From Zoogloeaceae bacterium (lineage in GTDB: Bacteria > Pseudomonadota > Gammaproteobacteria > Burkholderiales > Rhodocyclaceae): 64,000 nt of DNA. This document shows positions 24,666 to 36,510 of the stretch, one piece after another. The first letter of the stretch is position 1; each line of letters begins with the position of its first letter. The position numbers were made by a program, and so were the translations under genes. The notes beneath the pieces were generated by a model that saw only the letters and a list, made by a program, of their open reading frames with translations, was not told where the DNA came from and did no database searches. The DNA lies in the NCBI GenBank assembly GCA_024235655.1, contig JACKLY010000007.1:15361-79360 (forward strand), in the 5' to 3' direction.

Positions 24666-25895
24666 TCAAAAATTCTTTTCAAACCACGACTTCATACGAC
24701 CAAAGACCTGCTTGACGTTGCGGGTCTCATGCACTTTCTGGCCGCGCTTGTGCTGCACCTGCGCTTCCAGCAATAAACCGTAGGCGGTTGAAAACCGGGG
24801 GCTTTGCACGACATCCGACAGGGCACCCGAGTACTTCGGCATGCCCAGACGCACCGGCATGTGGAACAGCTCTTCGCCCAGTTCGATCATTCCCGGCATC
24901 ACCGAGGTGCCTCCGGTGAGCACGATGCCCGATGAGAGCACCTCCTCAAATCCGGCGCGGCGCAGCTCGGCCTGGATCAGCTCATAAAGTTCCTCGACCC
25001 GTGGCTGAATCACATCCGACAGTGCGCGGCGAGACAGCTTGCGGCTCGGGCGGTCATCGACCCCGGCAACATCGAGCACGTCTTCTGCATCGGCGAGTTG
25101 CGACAAGGCGCAGCCGAAGCGTCGCTTGATGTCCTCGGCCTCACGGGTTGGCGTGCGCAAGGCCATGGCGATATCGTTGGTAATCTGGTCGCCGGCAATC
25201 GGGATCACTGAAGTGTGGCGGATCGCACCTTGCGTCCACACGGCGATGTCGGTGGTACCGCCGCCGATATCAACGAGACAGACGCCGAGATCCTTCTCGT
25301 CTTCGGAGAGCACGGCATAACTGGAAGCCAGCGGCTGCAACACCAGGTCGTTCACCTCGATGCCACAACGGCGCACGCATTTGACAATGTTCTGTGCCGC
25401 CGACACCGCGCCGGTCACGATGTGCACTTTCACCTCCAGGCGAAAACCGCTCATGCCGATCGGCTCACGGATGCTGTCCTGGTCATCAATGATGAATTCC
25501 TGGGTCAGGATATGCAGGATTTCCTGATCGGCGGGTATCGGCATGGCACGGGCGGTTTCGATGACACGATCAACGTCCATCGGCAGCACTTCCTTGTCCT
25601 TGATCGCCACCATCCCGTTCGAGTTGAAACTGCGAATATGGCTACCGGCAATGCCGGTATAGACATCCTTGACCTTGCAGTCAGCCATCAGCTCGACTTC
25701 CTGCACGACTCGGGAAATCGCCGCCACCGTCTCCTCGATATTGACGACAACGCCTTTCTTCAGCCCTTTCGACTCCTGGGAGCCGATGCCGATCACGTTG
25801 AGCCGCCCTTCCGGACTGACTTCGGCAACCAGCGCAACAATCTTCGAGGTGCCGATGTCCAGCCCGACGATCAGATCCTTGGTTTCTCTGCTCAT
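24666..25895 (-). CDS. ftsA: Cell division protein FtsA
   Basis: GLDIGTSK, DIGGGTTD, VLTGG, C-terminal amphipathic helix. Confidence 0.98.
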   Translation of the reverse strand: MSRETKDLIVGLDIGTSKIVALVAEVSPEGRLNVIGIGSQESKGLKKGVVVNIEETVAAISRVVQEVELMADCKVKDVYTGIAGSHIRSFNSNGMVAIKDKEVLPMDVDRVIETARAMPIPADQEILHILTQEFIIDDQDSIREPIGMSGFRLEVKVHIVTGAVSAAQNIVKCVRRCGIEVNDLVLQPLASSYAVLSEDEKDLGVCLVDIGGGTTDIAVWTQGAIRHTSVIPIAGDQITNDIAMALRTPTREAEDIKRRFGCALSQLADAEDVLDVAGVDDRPSRKLSRRALSDVIQPRVEELYELIQAELRRAGFEEVLSSGIVLTGGTSVMPGMIELGEELFHMPVRLGMPKYSGALSDVVQSPRFSTAYGLLLEAQVQHKRGQKVHETRNVKQVFGRMKSWFEKNF

Positions 25896-26641
25896 TGCTT
25901 CCCTTTGCTCTCAGTTCCAGTTGCTGCTGCGAGGCGCAGCGCAAAACCATTCGGATACCGCATATCGACCACTGTCGTCCGCGCCTTGGTGAGCATGGAC
26001 ACGCTCGGGTAGTAGTCCACAAAGCGGCGCAGACGCTGTTGAACCGACAGCTTCGCCTGTGTCCTGCCCAACTCGACCACCATGCCGTCGTCCAGCTGCA
26101 ACTGCACCGCCAGCCGCGGAGAAACGAGCAGCGCCCGTGGCTGCCGGCCGATCGGCTGCAGAATATCGACGGCTTCGCGGTAATAACCGAGCATGTCCGG
26201 CGCTACGCCGACAGGCCCCGACAACTGCGGCAAGGCACGTGGCACTGACATCCCCGCCGAAAACACTTCCCCGTGACTGTTCAGCAATTGCCCGGACTCC
26301 TCCCCCCAGTTGGCCACCGGCTGATGTTCCTCCAGCCGTATCTCCAGGCTCGACGGCCAGCGCCGGCGCACTTCGGCATGCCGCACCCAGGCAATCCGCT
26401 CCAGCGACTGGCGCAAGGCATCGACATTCACGCTGAAGAAATTGCCCCGCATCTGCCCGGACAAGGCGCGCTCTACATCCGCACGTTTCACCTCGACCAG
26501 TTCGTGCGTCACCACGGCCTGGGTCAGCGTGAAATGCGGCAAGCGTGCAAGCCAGACCAGCCCCGCCACCAGCAATACGGCAGCAGCCGCTGCAATGAGC
26601 AGGTCGGCTACGGCAGTCATCAATTGTGGCTTGTTCCACAT
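25892..26641 (-). CDS. ftsQ: Cell division protein FtsQ
   Basis: TM + POTRA (WVRHAEVRRRWP), DMRYPNGFA. Confidence 0.95.
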   Translation of the reverse strand: MWNKPQLMTAVADLLIAAAAAVLLVAGLVWLARLPHFTLTQAVVTHELVEVKRADVERALSGQMRGNFFSVNVDALRQSLERIAWVRHAEVRRRWPSSLEIRLEEHQPVANWGEESGQLLNSHGEVFSAGMSVPRALPQLSGPVGVAPDMLGYYREAVDILQPIGRQPRALLVSPRLAVQLQLDDGMVVELGRTQAKLSVQQRLRRFVDYYPSVSMLTKARTTVVDMRYPNGFALRLAAATGTESKGKQ

Positions 26642-26667
26642 TGCTCATTCCCGGTGGCTATCCTGTT

Positions 26668-27600
26668 TCATCCAAGCGTCGCCTGCGCCAGCACCTGCAA
26701 CACCAGCGAGTCATAGTCGATGCCTGCTGCACGTGCCGCCATCGGCACCAGCGAGTGGTCCGTCATCCCCGGCGACGTGTTGGCCTCCAGAAAATAGACT
26801 TCTCCTGCCTCATCCATCAGAAAATCAACCCGCCCCCAGCCACGGCCACCCAGCACGCGAAAGGCTTCCAGCGCCTGCTTGCGGATTTCCGCCTCACGTT
26901 CCTGCGTCAGACCGCAGGGGCACAAATAATGCGTGTCATCCCGCGAATACTTGGCTTCGTAGTCATAGAACTCGGTGGCCGGTTCGATCTTGATGATCGG
27001 CAAGGCCCGCATCTCGTTGCCGCTGCCGATGATGCCCACGGTGTATTCCCCGCCAAGAATGCCGCGCTCGGCAATCACGATCGGGTCGTATCTGGCGGCC
27101 TCTGAATAGGCTGCTGCCAGATCCCCCTCGCGCTTGACCATGCTGATGCCGATCGATGAGCCTTCATTGGCCGGCTTGACGAACAGGGGCAAACCCAGTG
27201 TTGCTTCGATTTCAGCAAAGTCGCTGTCGGCGCTGACCAGCGCATATTCCGGCACGCGCAAACCGGCGGCCTGCCACAACAGTTTGGTTCGCCATTTGTC
27301 CATGGCCAGTGCCGATGCCATCACGCCGCTGCCAGTGAAAGGAATGTGCATCAACTCAAGCACACCCTGGATCGTTCCATCCTCGCCATGCCGGCCATGC
27401 AGTGCAATGAATGCACGATCAAAGGCACGCAAGGTATCCAGCGGCATCTCGGCCGGATCAAAGGCATGAGCATTCACGCCCTGCCGGCACAAGGCGGCCA
27501 GCACACGAGAACCGCTATTCAGGGAAACCTCGCGCTCGGCCGAGGTTCCGCCAAACAGCACCGCTACTTTTCCGAAATCATTTGCCTGCATCCCGGCCAT
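26668..27600 (-). CDS. ddl: D-alanine--D-alanine ligase
   Basis: [40 protein letters not shown]. Confidence 0.97.
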   Translation of the reverse strand: MAGMQANDFGKVAVLFGGTSAEREVSLNSGSRVLAALCRQGVNAHAFDPAEMPLDTLRAFDRAFIALHGRHGEDGTIQGVLELMHIPFTGSGVMASALAMDKWRTKLLWQAAGLRVPEYALVSADSDFAEIEATLGLPLFVKPANEGSSIGISMVKREGDLAAAYSEAARYDPIVIAERGILGGEYTVGIIGSGNEMRALPIIKIEPATEFYDYEAKYSRDDTHYLCPCGLTQEREAEIRKQALEAFRVLGGRGWGRVDFLMDEAGEVYFLEANTSPGMTDHSLVPMAARAAGIDYDSLVLQVLAQATLG

Positions 27601-27601
27601 C

Positions 27602-28990
27602 TCAGTTCCCCACCAGTTTTCCCGGCACGCCGCCGATTGAACCTGCGCCCATGGTCAGCACCACGTCGCCATCGCGAACCATGTCCAGCACGGCCTGTGG
27701 CATGGCCGCGATGTCCTCGACAAAAACCGGCTCCACCTTACCGGCCACCCGCACCGCTCGCGCCAGCGACCGCCCATCGGCAGCCACGATGGGCGCCTCA
27801 CCCGCGGCATAGACTTCGCCCAGCAACAGGGAATCGACACCATTCAATACCTTGACGAAATCCTCGAAGCAGTCGCGAGTCCGGCTGTAACGATGCGGCT
27901 GGAACGCCAGCACCAGACGCCGACCCGGGAAAGCACCGCGGGCTGCGGCCAGGGTTGCAGCCATTTCCACCGGGTGATGTCCGTAGTCATCGACCAGCGT
28001 GAAGTTGCCGCCAGTCGGGCAGGCCACTTCGCCATAGCGCTGGAAACGCCTGCCAACGCCCTTGAATTCAGCCAGCGCCTTGATGATGGCGGCATCCGGC
28101 ACCTGCACTTCGGTGGCCACGGCAATCGCCGCCAGCGCGTTGAGCACGTTGTGCATGCCCGGCAGATTCAGTGTCACCGGGAAACGGCTGATACTTCCGT
28201 TCTCGCGGACACAATCGAATTTCATCTGGCCATCGGCAGCCACCACATTTTCAGCTCGGACATTGGCCGACGGATCCAGCCCATAGGTCACCAGCTGCTT
28301 GGAAACACGGGGCATGATTTCGCGGACATTGGCGTCATCCGCACACAACACGGCCACACCATAGAAGGGCAGGCGCTGCAGGAAATCGACGAAAGCACTT
28401 TTCAGCCGCTCGAAATCATGGCCATAGGTTTCCATGTGATCGGCATCGATGTTGGTCACCACTGAAACGACCGGGCTGAGGAACAGGAAGGAGGCATCCG
28501 ACTCATCGGCTTCGGCCACGATGAAATCGCCGCTCCCCAGCCGGGCATTAGCGCCAGCCGCATTCAGGCGGCCGCCGATAACAAAGGTGGGGTCCAGCGC
28601 GCCTTCTGCCAGAATCGATGCCACCAGACTGGTGGTGGTCGTCTTTCCGTGCGTGCCGGCAATGGCAATTCCCTGCTTCAATCGCATCAATTCGGCCAGC
28701 ATCTGCGCACGCGGCACCACCGGCACATTTCGCTCACGGGCGGCAATCACCTCCGGGTTATCGGCCTTGACCGCAGTGGACACCACGACCGCATCCGCTG
28801 CCTGAACATTTTCTGCAGCATGCCCGATCTGCACGTGCACACCTGCCGCAGTGAGCCGGGTCGTCGTTGCACTTTCTGCCAGATCAGAGCCGGAAACCGT
28901 AAACCCCAGGTTGGCCAGCACCTCGGCGATCCCGCTCATGCCGGCGCCGCCGATGCCGACAAAATGGATGTGTTTGACCTTGTGTTTCAT
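27602..28990 (-). CDS. murC: UDP-N-acetylmuramate--L-alanine ligase
   Basis: [39 protein letters not shown]. Confidence 0.98.
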   Translation of the reverse strand: MKHKVKHIHFVGIGGAGMSGIAEVLANLGFTVSGSDLAESATTTRLTAAGVHVQIGHAAENVQAADAVVVSTAVKADNPEVIAARERNVPVVPRAQMLAELMRLKQGIAIAGTHGKTTTTSLVASILAEGALDPTFVIGGRLNAAGANARLGSGDFIVAEADESDASFLFLSPVVSVVTNIDADHMETYGHDFERLKSAFVDFLQRLPFYGVAVLCADDANVREIMPRVSKQLVTYGLDPSANVRAENVVAADGQMKFDCVRENGSISRFPVTLNLPGMHNVLNALAAIAVATEVQVPDAAIIKALAEFKGVGRRFQRYGEVACPTGGNFTLVDDYGHHPVEMAATLAAARGAFPGRRLVLAFQPHRYSRTRDCFEDFVKVLNGVDSLLLGEVYAAGEAPIVAADGRSLARAVRVAGKVEPVFVEDIAAMPQAVLDMVRDGDVVLTMGAGSIGGVPGKLVGN

Positions 28991-30051
28991 TTCACCAGCT
29001 CCGTACAGGCTTGGGCCACGATCTCCGCTGCATCGGGCTTGGCCAGCTCACGCGCCCGCTCGGCCATCTGCAATAGTTGATCCCGGCTGTAATTTCGAAT
29101 CAGGGCAATTTTTTCCGGCGTCAACTCAGCCTGCGGCAGCAGGATGGCGCCACCGGTGTGGGCCAGAAATCTCGCGTTGCCGGTCTGATGGTCATCAACC
29201 GCGTGCGGCAAAGGCACCAGCACACTGCCCACCCCGGCAGCAGCCAGCTCTGCCACGGTCAGTGCGCCGGCGCGGCAAACTACCAGATCGGCCCACTCAT
29301 AGGCGCCGGCCATGTCTTCAATGAAGGCAACGCAATGTGCCGCCACACCTGCTGCAGCGTAGTTTGCCTGCAGGGTCGCCAGATTTTTGGCGCCAGCCTG
29401 ATGCACCACCTGCGGCCGCTCGCCCTCCGGGATCAGGGCCAGCCCCTTGGGCAGAATGTCGTTCAGCACCGCTGCGCCGAGGCTACCGCCAAGCACCAGC
29501 AGCCGGATCGGGCCATCGTGTCCGGCAAACCGCTCGGCCGGCATCGGCAGAGCAGCAATCTCGGCACGCACCGGATTTCCTGCCCAGATTGTCTTTGGCA
29601 GCACTTCCGGAAAACCGGAGAGGATCTGATCGGCCACCTTGGACAACACCCGATTGGCGAGACCGGCAACCGAATTCTGTTCATGCAGCACCAGTGGCTT
29701 GCCGAGCAGGGAAGCCATCATGCCGCCGGGGAAACTGATGTAGCCGCCCATGCCCAGCACCACATCCGGCTGCACGCGGCGGATTTCACGGCGCGCCTGC
29801 CAGAAACCGGAAAGCAGGTTGATCGGCAGCATCAGCTTGCGCAGCAAACCCTTACCCCTGAGCGCGCCAAACCGTACCGGCGCCATCTCATAGCCGCGCT
29901 CAGCCACCAGTTTTGCTTCCATGCCTTCAGGATTGCCCATCCAGACCACATGCCAGCCGCGGTCACGCAGCAGGTCAGCAACGGCCAGCCCCGGAAACAC
30001 ATGGCCTCCCGTGCCACCCGCCATTACCATCAGGGTGCGTATTCCGCTCAT
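28987..30051 (-). CDS. murG: Lipid I GlcNAc transferase
   Basis: [35 protein letters not shown]. Confidence 0.97.
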   Translation of the reverse strand: MSGIRTLMVMAGGTGGHVFPGLAVADLLRDRGWHVVWMGNPEGMEAKLVAERGYEMAPVRFGALRGKGLLRKLMLPINLLSGFWQARREIRRVQPDVVLGMGGYISFPGGMMASLLGKPLVLHEQNSVAGLANRVLSKVADQILSGFPEVLPKTIWAGNPVRAEIAALPMPAERFAGHDGPIRLLVLGGSLGAAVLNDILPKGLALIPEGERPQVVHQAGAKNLATLQANYAAAGVAAHCVAFIEDMAGAYEWADLVVCRAGALTVAELAAAGVGSVLVPLPHAVDDHQTGNARFLAHTGGAILLPQAELTPEKIALIRNYSRDQLLQMAERARELAKPDAAEIVAQACTELVK

Positions 30052-31211
30052 AGCTTCGCTCCCTGCATCAATTGACGATTCTCCCAATCCACGCGCAGCA
30101 ATATGGCCAGCGCCACGCAATTGGCAAGGATTCCTGATCCGCCAAAGCTCATCAGCGGCAGGGTCAGTCCCTTGGTCGGCAGCAAACCCATGTTCACACC
30201 CATGTTGATGAAGCCCTGCACGCCGATCCAGATCCCGATACCCATCGCGACCAGCGCTGCGTACAACCGCTCCAGCGCAACTGATTGGCGACCGATGGCG
30301 AATGCCCGCTGCACCAGCATGGCGAACAAGCCGACCACGATGATGACGCCGACCAGACCCAGTTCCTCAGCGATGACTGCCAGCAGGAAATCGGTATGTG
30401 CTTCCGGCAGGTAGAACAATTTCTCCACCGATGCACCCAGCCCGACGCCGAAAAGTTCGCCACGCCCGAAGGCAATCAGTGCATGCGACAACTGATAGCC
30501 ACGGCCAAACGCGTCGGACCAGGGATCCATGAAGCCGAAGATGCGATCCCGCCGATAGGGGGAAACAATGATCAACACGGCAAAGGCAACGAGCAGCAAC
30601 ACGATCAGTACCGCGAACAAACGAGTGCGCATGCCGCCAAGAAAGAGGATACCGATGGCGATTGAGATGATGACAACGAAGGCACCGAAGTCCGGCTCCT
30701 TGAGCAGCAGGACGCCGACGAAAACCATGGCGACCGCCATGGGCAGGAAAGCTTTCTTCAGGTCGTGCATCACTGCCATCTTGCGCACGGTGTAATCAGC
30801 AGCGTAGAGGACGGCAAACAGTTTCATCAGTTCCGAGGGCTGCAGATTCACGACGCCCAGCGGTAACCAGCGGCGCGCGCCATTGACATCCTTGCCGATC
30901 CCCGGAACCAGCACTGCAACCAGCAACACGACGCCGGCAACAAACAGCCAGGGCGCCATTTGCTGCCACGCAGACAGCGGAATCTGGAAAGCGATGGCAG
31001 CCGCCACAATGCCGATGCAGAGAAATATTGCATGGCGTATCAGGAAGTAGGCTGGCTGATGATTGGTGAACTTGCCGGCCTCGGCGATGGCAATTGATGA
31101 GGAATAAACCATTACCATGCCGAAGAAGAGCAATAGCAGGGCACTCCAGAGCAGCGCGAAGTCCACTTCGGAGGGCTGGCGGCGAGGGCCGTCTATCGCC
31201 TGCATCAGCAT
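30048..31211 (-). CDS. ftsW: SEDS peptidoglycan polymerase FtsW
   Basis: [38 protein letters not shown]. Confidence 0.97.
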   Translation of the reverse strand: MLMQAIDGPRRQPSEVDFALLWSALLLLFFGMVMVYSSSIAIAEAGKFTNHQPAYFLIRHAIFLCIGIVAAAIAFQIPLSAWQQMAPWLFVAGVVLLVAVLVPGIGKDVNGARRWLPLGVVNLQPSELMKLFAVLYAADYTVRKMAVMHDLKKAFLPMAVAMVFVGVLLLKEPDFGAFVVIISIAIGILFLGGMRTRLFAVLIVLLLVAFAVLIIVSPYRRDRIFGFMDPWSDAFGRGYQLSHALIAFGRGELFGVGLGASVEKLFYLPEAHTDFLLAVIAEELGLVGVIIVVGLFAMLVQRAFAIGRQSVALERLYAALVAMGIGIWIGVQGFINMGVNMGLLPTKGLTLPLMSFGGSGILANCVALAILLRVDWENRQLMQGAKL

Positions 31212-32572
31212 GATGCCAGCTCCAGTTCACGCACCGCGGCAATGAACACTTCGGCACGGTGGACGTAGTTGCGATACATATCGAGACTGGCACAGGCAGG
31301 GGATAGCAGCACGGCATCACCGGCTTGCGCCTGCGTTGCGCAAAAGGCCACAGCCTCTGCCATGTCGCTGCAACGCTGCAAGGGAATGCTGCCAGCACCC
31401 ATCACACTGATGATGGCTTCAGTATCGCGACCCATCACAGCTACGGCACGTGCATGTTTTTGCAGGGCGGCACGCAGCGGGGTGAAATCCTGCCCCTTGC
31501 CGTCACCACCGAGAATCAGTACTACCTTACGCCCCATGCCCTGAATTGCTGCCAGCGTGGCACCAACGTTGGTTCCCTTGGAGTCGTCGTAGTAGTCGAC
31601 GCCATCGATGCATGCGACGTGCGCAACCCGATGCTCGAGGCCGGCAAATTCAGCCAGTGCCGGCAGCACTGACTCAGGCGAAATGCCAACTGCTTCCAGC
31701 AGTGCCAATGCCGCCATCGCATTGGCTGCATTATGCAAACCGGCCAGACGCATCTCGCTCAACGGCAGCAGGCGCTGCTCACCACGCATCAAGCAGCCGT
31801 CGACCAGCCCGTAGTCCGTCGTCCGTGGCGGCTTGTCCAGCCCGAATGTGCGCAAATTCTTGCCACAACGCCCCAAAGCCAGGCTGCGATCATCATCCCG
31901 ATTCAGCACGATCACCCGGCAACCCTTGAAGATGCGAGCCTTGGCTGCCGCATAGTCATCGAGTCCCTGATAGCGGTCGAGATGGTCTTCGCAGATATTG
32001 AGCACCGTTGCTGCATCTGGCCGCAGGCTGTGTGTGGTTTCCAGCTGGAAGCTGGACAACTCGAGCACCCACAATTCGGGCAAGTCGCCGGCATCGATCG
32101 CCTGCATCAGCGCCGTCAGTGCTGCCGGGCTGATGTTTCCGGCGACCTTTGTCCTGCGTCCGGCAGCGCTTGCCAACACCCCGGTCAGTGCGGTGGTTGT
32201 CGTCTTCCCGTTGCTGCCGGTAATGGCAATGATCTTTGCCGCCGGCGTCAGCGTGTTAACCGCCCAGGCAAACAGCTCGATTTCGGACACCAGCGGTACG
32301 CCCCGCGCCACTGCCGCCTGCACATTGGCTTCCTGCACCGGCAGGCCAGGCGAAATGGCAATCAGGTCAAGGTCGGCAAACGTCGCCGGAACAAACGGGC
32401 CAGTCACCAAAACAGCGTCGGGTGCCAGGTCTTTCAGCTGCGCCACATTCGGCGGTTCATTCCGGCTGTCGGCGACACGGATGCAGGCACCCTGGCGCGT
32501 GAGCCACGCAGCCATGGCCAGCCCGGTTTCACCGAGGCCGAGTACCAGTACCTGTTTGCCTTTCAAGTCCAT
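31205..32572 (-). CDS. murD: UDP-MurNAc-L-Ala--D-glutamate ligase
   Basis: [34 protein letters not shown]. Confidence 0.97.
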   Translation of the reverse strand: MDLKGKQVLVLGLGETGLAMAAWLTRQGACIRVADSRNEPPNVAQLKDLAPDAVLVTGPFVPATFADLDLIAISPGLPVQEANVQAAVARGVPLVSEIELFAWAVNTLTPAAKIIAITGSNGKTTTTALTGVLASAAGRRTKVAGNISPAALTALMQAIDAGDLPELWVLELSSFQLETTHSLRPDAATVLNICEDHLDRYQGLDDYAAAKARIFKGCRVIVLNRDDDRSLALGRCGKNLRTFGLDKPPRTTDYGLVDGCLMRGEQRLLPLSEMRLAGLHNAANAMAALALLEAVGISPESVLPALAEFAGLEHRVAHVACIDGVDYYDDSKGTNVGATLAAIQGMGRKVVLILGGDGKGQDFTPLRAALQKHARAVAVMGRDTEAIISVMGAGSIPLQRCSDMAEAVAFCATQAQAGDAVLLSPACASLDMYRNYVHRAEVFIAAVRELELASC

Positions 32573-32573
32573 T

Positions 32574-33662
32574 TCAGCGCAGCTTCAAGGTTGAGAGCCC
32601 GAACAGCACGAGCATGATGGTGATGATCCAGAAGCGAACCACCACCTGTGTTTCTTTCCACCCACTCAGTTCGTAGTGGTGGTGCAAGGGCGCCATGCGG
32701 AAGATCCGCTTGCCACCCGTAAATTTGAAATAGAGAACCTGCGCTGCAACCGACAGGGTTTCGGCAACAAAGACCCCCCCCATGATCGCCAGCACAATTT
32801 CCTGGCGGACGATGACGGCGACGGTACCGAGTGCGCCGCCAATGGCCAACGCGCCGACATCGCCCATGAACACCTCAGCCGGGTAGGCGTTGAACCAGAG
32901 GAAGCCGAGCCCTGCACCGGCGAGTGCGCCGAGGAAAATGCACAACTCCCCTGCGCCCGGCACATACGGAACAAACAGGTATTTGGCGTAGACGGCGTTG
33001 CCAGCCACGTAAGCAAAGATCGCCAGTGCGGCAGCGACCATCACGGCCGGCATGATTGCCAGTCCGTCGAGACCATCGGTGAGATTCACCGCATTCGAGG
33101 TGCCGACCACGACAAAATAGGTCAGCACCATGAAACCGATAATCCCGAGCGGGTAGGCTACCGTCTTGAAGAACGGCACGATCAGTTCGAGCTGCGCCGG
33201 CGTGGTTGCTGTCATGCCCAGATAGATGGCCACAGCAACACCGATCATCGACTGCCAGAAATATTTCCAGCGCGACGCCAGGCCCTTGGGATCGCGGTAA
33301 ACCACTTTCTTCCAGTCGTCGACCCAGCCGATGGCACCAAAGCCCATGGTCACGATCAGCACCACCCACAGGTAACGGTTCGTCAGATCACCCCAGAGCA
33401 GGGTTGTAATGGCTATCGAGATCAGGATCAGCACACCGCCCATGGTCGGCGTGCCGGATTTGACGAGATGCGTCTGCGGCCCGTCGGTGCGCACTGCCTG
33501 CCCGATTTTTTTTGCTGCCAGCCAGCGAATGACGCGCGGACCGGCGATGAAGGAGATGACTAGCGCGGTCATCGCCGCCAGCACGGTGCGCAGCGTGATG
33601 TAGCCAAAAACATTGAAGGCGCGTACATCCTGGCCGAGCCACTGGGCAAATATCAAGAGCAT
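32574..33662 (-). CDS. mraY: Phospho-N-acetylmuramoyl-pentapeptide transferase
   Basis: [34 protein letters not shown]. Confidence 0.98.
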   Translation of the reverse strand: MLLIFAQWLGQDVRAFNVFGYITLRTVLAAMTALVISFIAGPRVIRWLAAKKIGQAVRTDGPQTHLVKSGTPTMGGVLILISIAITTLLWGDLTNRYLWVVLIVTMGFGAIGWVDDWKKVVYRDPKGLASRWKYFWQSMIGVAVAIYLGMTATTPAQLELIVPFFKTVAYPLGIIGFMVLTYFVVVGTSNAVNLTDGLDGLAIMPAVMVAAALAIFAYVAGNAVYAKYLFVPYVPGAGELCIFLGALAGAGLGFLWFNAYPAEVFMGDVGALAIGGALGTVAVIVRQEIVLAIMGGVFVAETLSVAAQVLYFKFTGGKRIFRMAPLHHHYELSGWKETQVVVRFWIITIMLVLFGLSTLKLR

Positions 33663-35044
33663 GATTTGTTCTCCGCTGGCGATGCGGTCTCTGCAATCGC
33701 TTCAACGACCCGTTCCATGCGCATGAACCGGGACCCCTTCACCAGTACGGTTGTATTGGCATCCAGATCCGCGCTCAGCGCCGCAATCAGGTCGTCGATC
33801 TTTTTGTAATGAGTGGCGCCTTCGGCAAAATTCCGGGCGGCAATCGCCGAGGCTTCGCCCAGGGTATACAGCGCGTCGACCCCGGCACTCTTGGCGTAAC
33901 CACCGATTTCGTCGTGGAACTGGCCGCTGGCATCGCCGATTTCACCCATGTCACCCAGCACCAGCAATTTGCGGCCGATGGTTGAAGCCAGCACATCGAT
34001 ACCGGCACGTACGGAATCCGGGTTGGCATTGTAGGTATCGTCGAGAACCACCGCGCCCTTGATTCCCTTGCAGCGCTGCAGGCGCCCCTTGATGCCACGG
34101 AATGCAGACAGGCCGGCGCTGATGTCCGACAGCGAGACACCGGCAGCAAGTGTCGCCGCTACCGCTGCCAACGCATTGCGTGCGTTGTGCAGGCCGGGCA
34201 GCGCCAGATCCAGGGCCGCCTCGCCCTGTGGCGTGATGAAATGCAGTTCGGTTTCCAGGCCGTGCAGTCGCGCCTTGCCGAAAATGTCTGCCGGCTTGCC
34301 CATGCCGAAAGTCAGCACATGACGCCCTGAATTCTGTTGCTGCCACAGACCGGCATGGGCATCGTCGACATTGATCACCGCAACACCGTCTTCCCCCAGG
34401 CCGTCGAAGATCGATCCCTTTTCCACCGCCACGGCGTCAAGGGAACCCATGCCCTGCAGATGCGCGCGCTGTGCATTGGTAACGACGGCGACTGTCGGCT
34501 GTGCGATGCGTGTCAGATAGGCAATTTCACCGGGGCGATTCATGCCCATTTCGACAATCGCTGCACGGTGATGAGGGCGCAGCTTGAGCAGTGTCAGCGG
34601 CAACCCGATATCGTTGTTGAAGTTGCCTTGCGTCGCCAGCACATCTTCACCGAAGGCCACCGCCAGAATGGCCGCCACCATTTCCTTGGTGGTGGTCTTG
34701 CCGTTGGACCCGGTCACGGCAATCATCGGCACCGGATGACGGCTGCGCCACGCGCGTGCCAGATCGCCCAAGGCCAATCGCGTATCGGCAACCACGATCA
34801 GCGGCAGCCCGATCCCGGCCAACGCATCGGCCGCATCTTCTGCAACCATCGCGCCAGCAGCCCCTGTCGCCTTGGCCTGGGCGACAAATTCGTGCCCATC
34901 AAAATGCTCACCACGCAGCGCTACAAAGAGATCGCCGGCAACCATTTTCCTGCTGTCGGTCGATACCGCTTCAAAACCTCGGTCATCGCCAAGCAGGCGA
35001 GCACCGATCATGGCCGCAGCACTCGATAGCGTTGTCATGCTCAT
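33653..35044 (-). CDS. murF: UDP-MurNAc-tripeptide--D-Ala-D-Ala ligase
   Basis: [36 protein letters not shown]. Confidence 0.97.
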   Translation of the reverse strand: MSMTTLSSAAAMIGARLLGDDRGFEAVSTDSRKMVAGDLFVALRGEHFDGHEFVAQAKATGAAGAMVAEDAADALAGIGLPLIVVADTRLALGDLARAWRSRHPVPMIAVTGSNGKTTTKEMVAAILAVAFGEDVLATQGNFNNDIGLPLTLLKLRPHHRAAIVEMGMNRPGEIAYLTRIAQPTVAVVTNAQRAHLQGMGSLDAVAVEKGSIFDGLGEDGVAVINVDDAHAGLWQQQNSGRHVLTFGMGKPADIFGKARLHGLETELHFITPQGEAALDLALPGLHNARNALAAVAATLAAGVSLSDISAGLSAFRGIKGRLQRCKGIKGAVVLDDTYNANPDSVRAGIDVLASTIGRKLLVLGDMGEIGDASGQFHDEIGGYAKSAGVDALYTLGEASAIAARNFAEGATHYKKIDDLIAALSADLDANTTVLVKGSRFMRMERVVEAIAETASPAENKSCS

Positions 35045-36510
35045 GCGGCCACCTTTCTTTCTGCCAACGCCTTTTCGGCTTCCTTGAAGTCGGAGAAGGG
35101 ATGAAATGCGCCGGCAATTTCCTGATAGGACTCATGCCCCTTGCCGGCAATCAGGACCACATCTGCCGGGCTGGCAGCGGCTATGGCACGGTGAATGGCC
35201 AGCCGGCGATCCGGCTCATCAACTGCCGCCGGTATTCCAACCCGGATTTCTTCGATAATTGCCAGCGGCGACTCACCACGCGGGTTGTCACTGGTCAGCA
35301 GAACATGATCGGCGCCGCGTGCAGCGGCCTCGCCCATCAAGGGGCGTTTGCCGTGATCGCGATCCCCGCCGCACCCAAACACACAGTGCAGCTTGCCCCC
35401 GCGGGCATTGGCCTGCTCGCGCAGGGCGAGCAAAGCGTTTTCAAGCGCATCCGGTGAATGCGCATAGTCAATGACCACCATGGGCTGCCCGGCGCCGACC
35501 AGCGTCTGCAAACGCCCCGGAGGCGGCACCAGCACCTGCAGACGCTCAGCCAGCTGCTCAAACGGCAAGCCACTGGCAAGCAGCACGCCAGATACGGCCA
35601 GAAGGTTGGCGATGTTGTAGCGGCCAACCAGTTGCGTATCGATGTCCGTCGTTCCATGTGGGGCATGCAGCGTGAATGCGAGGCCGTGGTCCCCCTGGCG
35701 GATGTTGCTGGCCGAAATCAGCAGATCGACCGATGCCGTTGCCTGCCTGAGGGTGTAACCCACTTTCAGTCGGGCACTTGTTTCAGTAACCAGTCGCTGG
35801 CCAAAAGGATCGTCCAGGTTGATGACTGCGGCACGCAGGCCCGGCCAGAGGAACAGCCTTTCCTTGGCGGCAGCGTAGGCTTCCATCGTGCCGTGATAAT
35901 CCAGGTGGTCGCGGGTCAGATTGGTGAATACCGCAATGTCGACATGCGCACCATTCAGACGACCTTCGGCAATGCCGATCGAACTCGCTTCAAGTGCGCA
36001 GGCATCGGCCCGGCCGGCAATGAATTGATCGAGGCATCGCGCCAGCGTGCTCGCCTGTGGCGTTGTAAATCCGGTATCAGTCAGATCACCGGGAAACCCG
36101 GCGCCAAGCGTACCAATGATGGCGCAACGACGCGGATGTGCGGATGCAACCCACTGGCTGCAGGTCGTCTTGCCGTTGGTGCCGGTGATGGCGATCAATG
36201 ACAGGCGCTCGCTCGGGTCGCCAAGCACGGCATGGGCGATTTCTCCGGCGACCTCACGTAAACCCGGCACAGCGATATTCGGTACTTTCACTTCGTCCCA
36301 GGTCACGCAACTGGAATCATTCCCCTCCCAGATCACCGCAGCGGCGCCACGTGCCATGGCATCGCCGATGTAACGCCGCCCGTCGGCAGCATCGCCCGGA
36401 AAAGCCAGAAACAGATCACCCGGAGACACCTGCCGCGAATCGTCAGTCACGCCACCGGGCTGCACGCCCAGTGCGGCAAGCTGGCGAAGAAGCTCTGCTG
36501 CCATGCTCAT
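35041..36510 (-). CDS. murE: UDP-MurNAc-dipeptide--meso-DAP ligase
   Basis: GTNGKTT, NLTRDHLDYH, DYAHSPD, DNPR (DAP specificity), GKGHE. Confidence 0.97.
   Translation of the reverse strand: MSMAAELLRQLAALGVQPGGVTDDSRQVSPGDLFLAFPGDAADGRRYIGDAMARGAAAVIWEGNDSSCVTWDEVKVPNIAVPGLREVAGEIAHAVLGDPSERLSLIAITGTNGKTTCSQWVASAHPRRCAIIGTLGAGFPGDLTDTGFTTPQASTLARCLDQFIAGRADACALEASSIGIAEGRLNGAHVDIAVFTNLTRDHLDYHGTMEAYAAAKERLFLWPGLRAAVINLDDPFGQRLVTETSARLKVGYTLRQATASVDLLISASNIRQGDHGLAFTLHAPHGTTDIDTQLVGRYNIANLLAVSGVLLASGLPFEQLAERLQVLVPPPGRLQTLVGAGQPMVVIDYAHSPDALENALLALREQANARGGKLHCVFGCGGDRDHGKRPLMGEAAARGADHVLLTSDNPRGESPLAIIEEIRVGIPAAVDEPDRRLAIHRAIAAASPADVVLIAGKGHESYQEIAGAFHPFSDFKEAEKALAERKVAA

Noticed and set aside
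27601-27602. murB absent between murC and ddl
   Set aside because: murB is located outside the dcw cluster in many beta- and gammaproteobacteria; not unusual.
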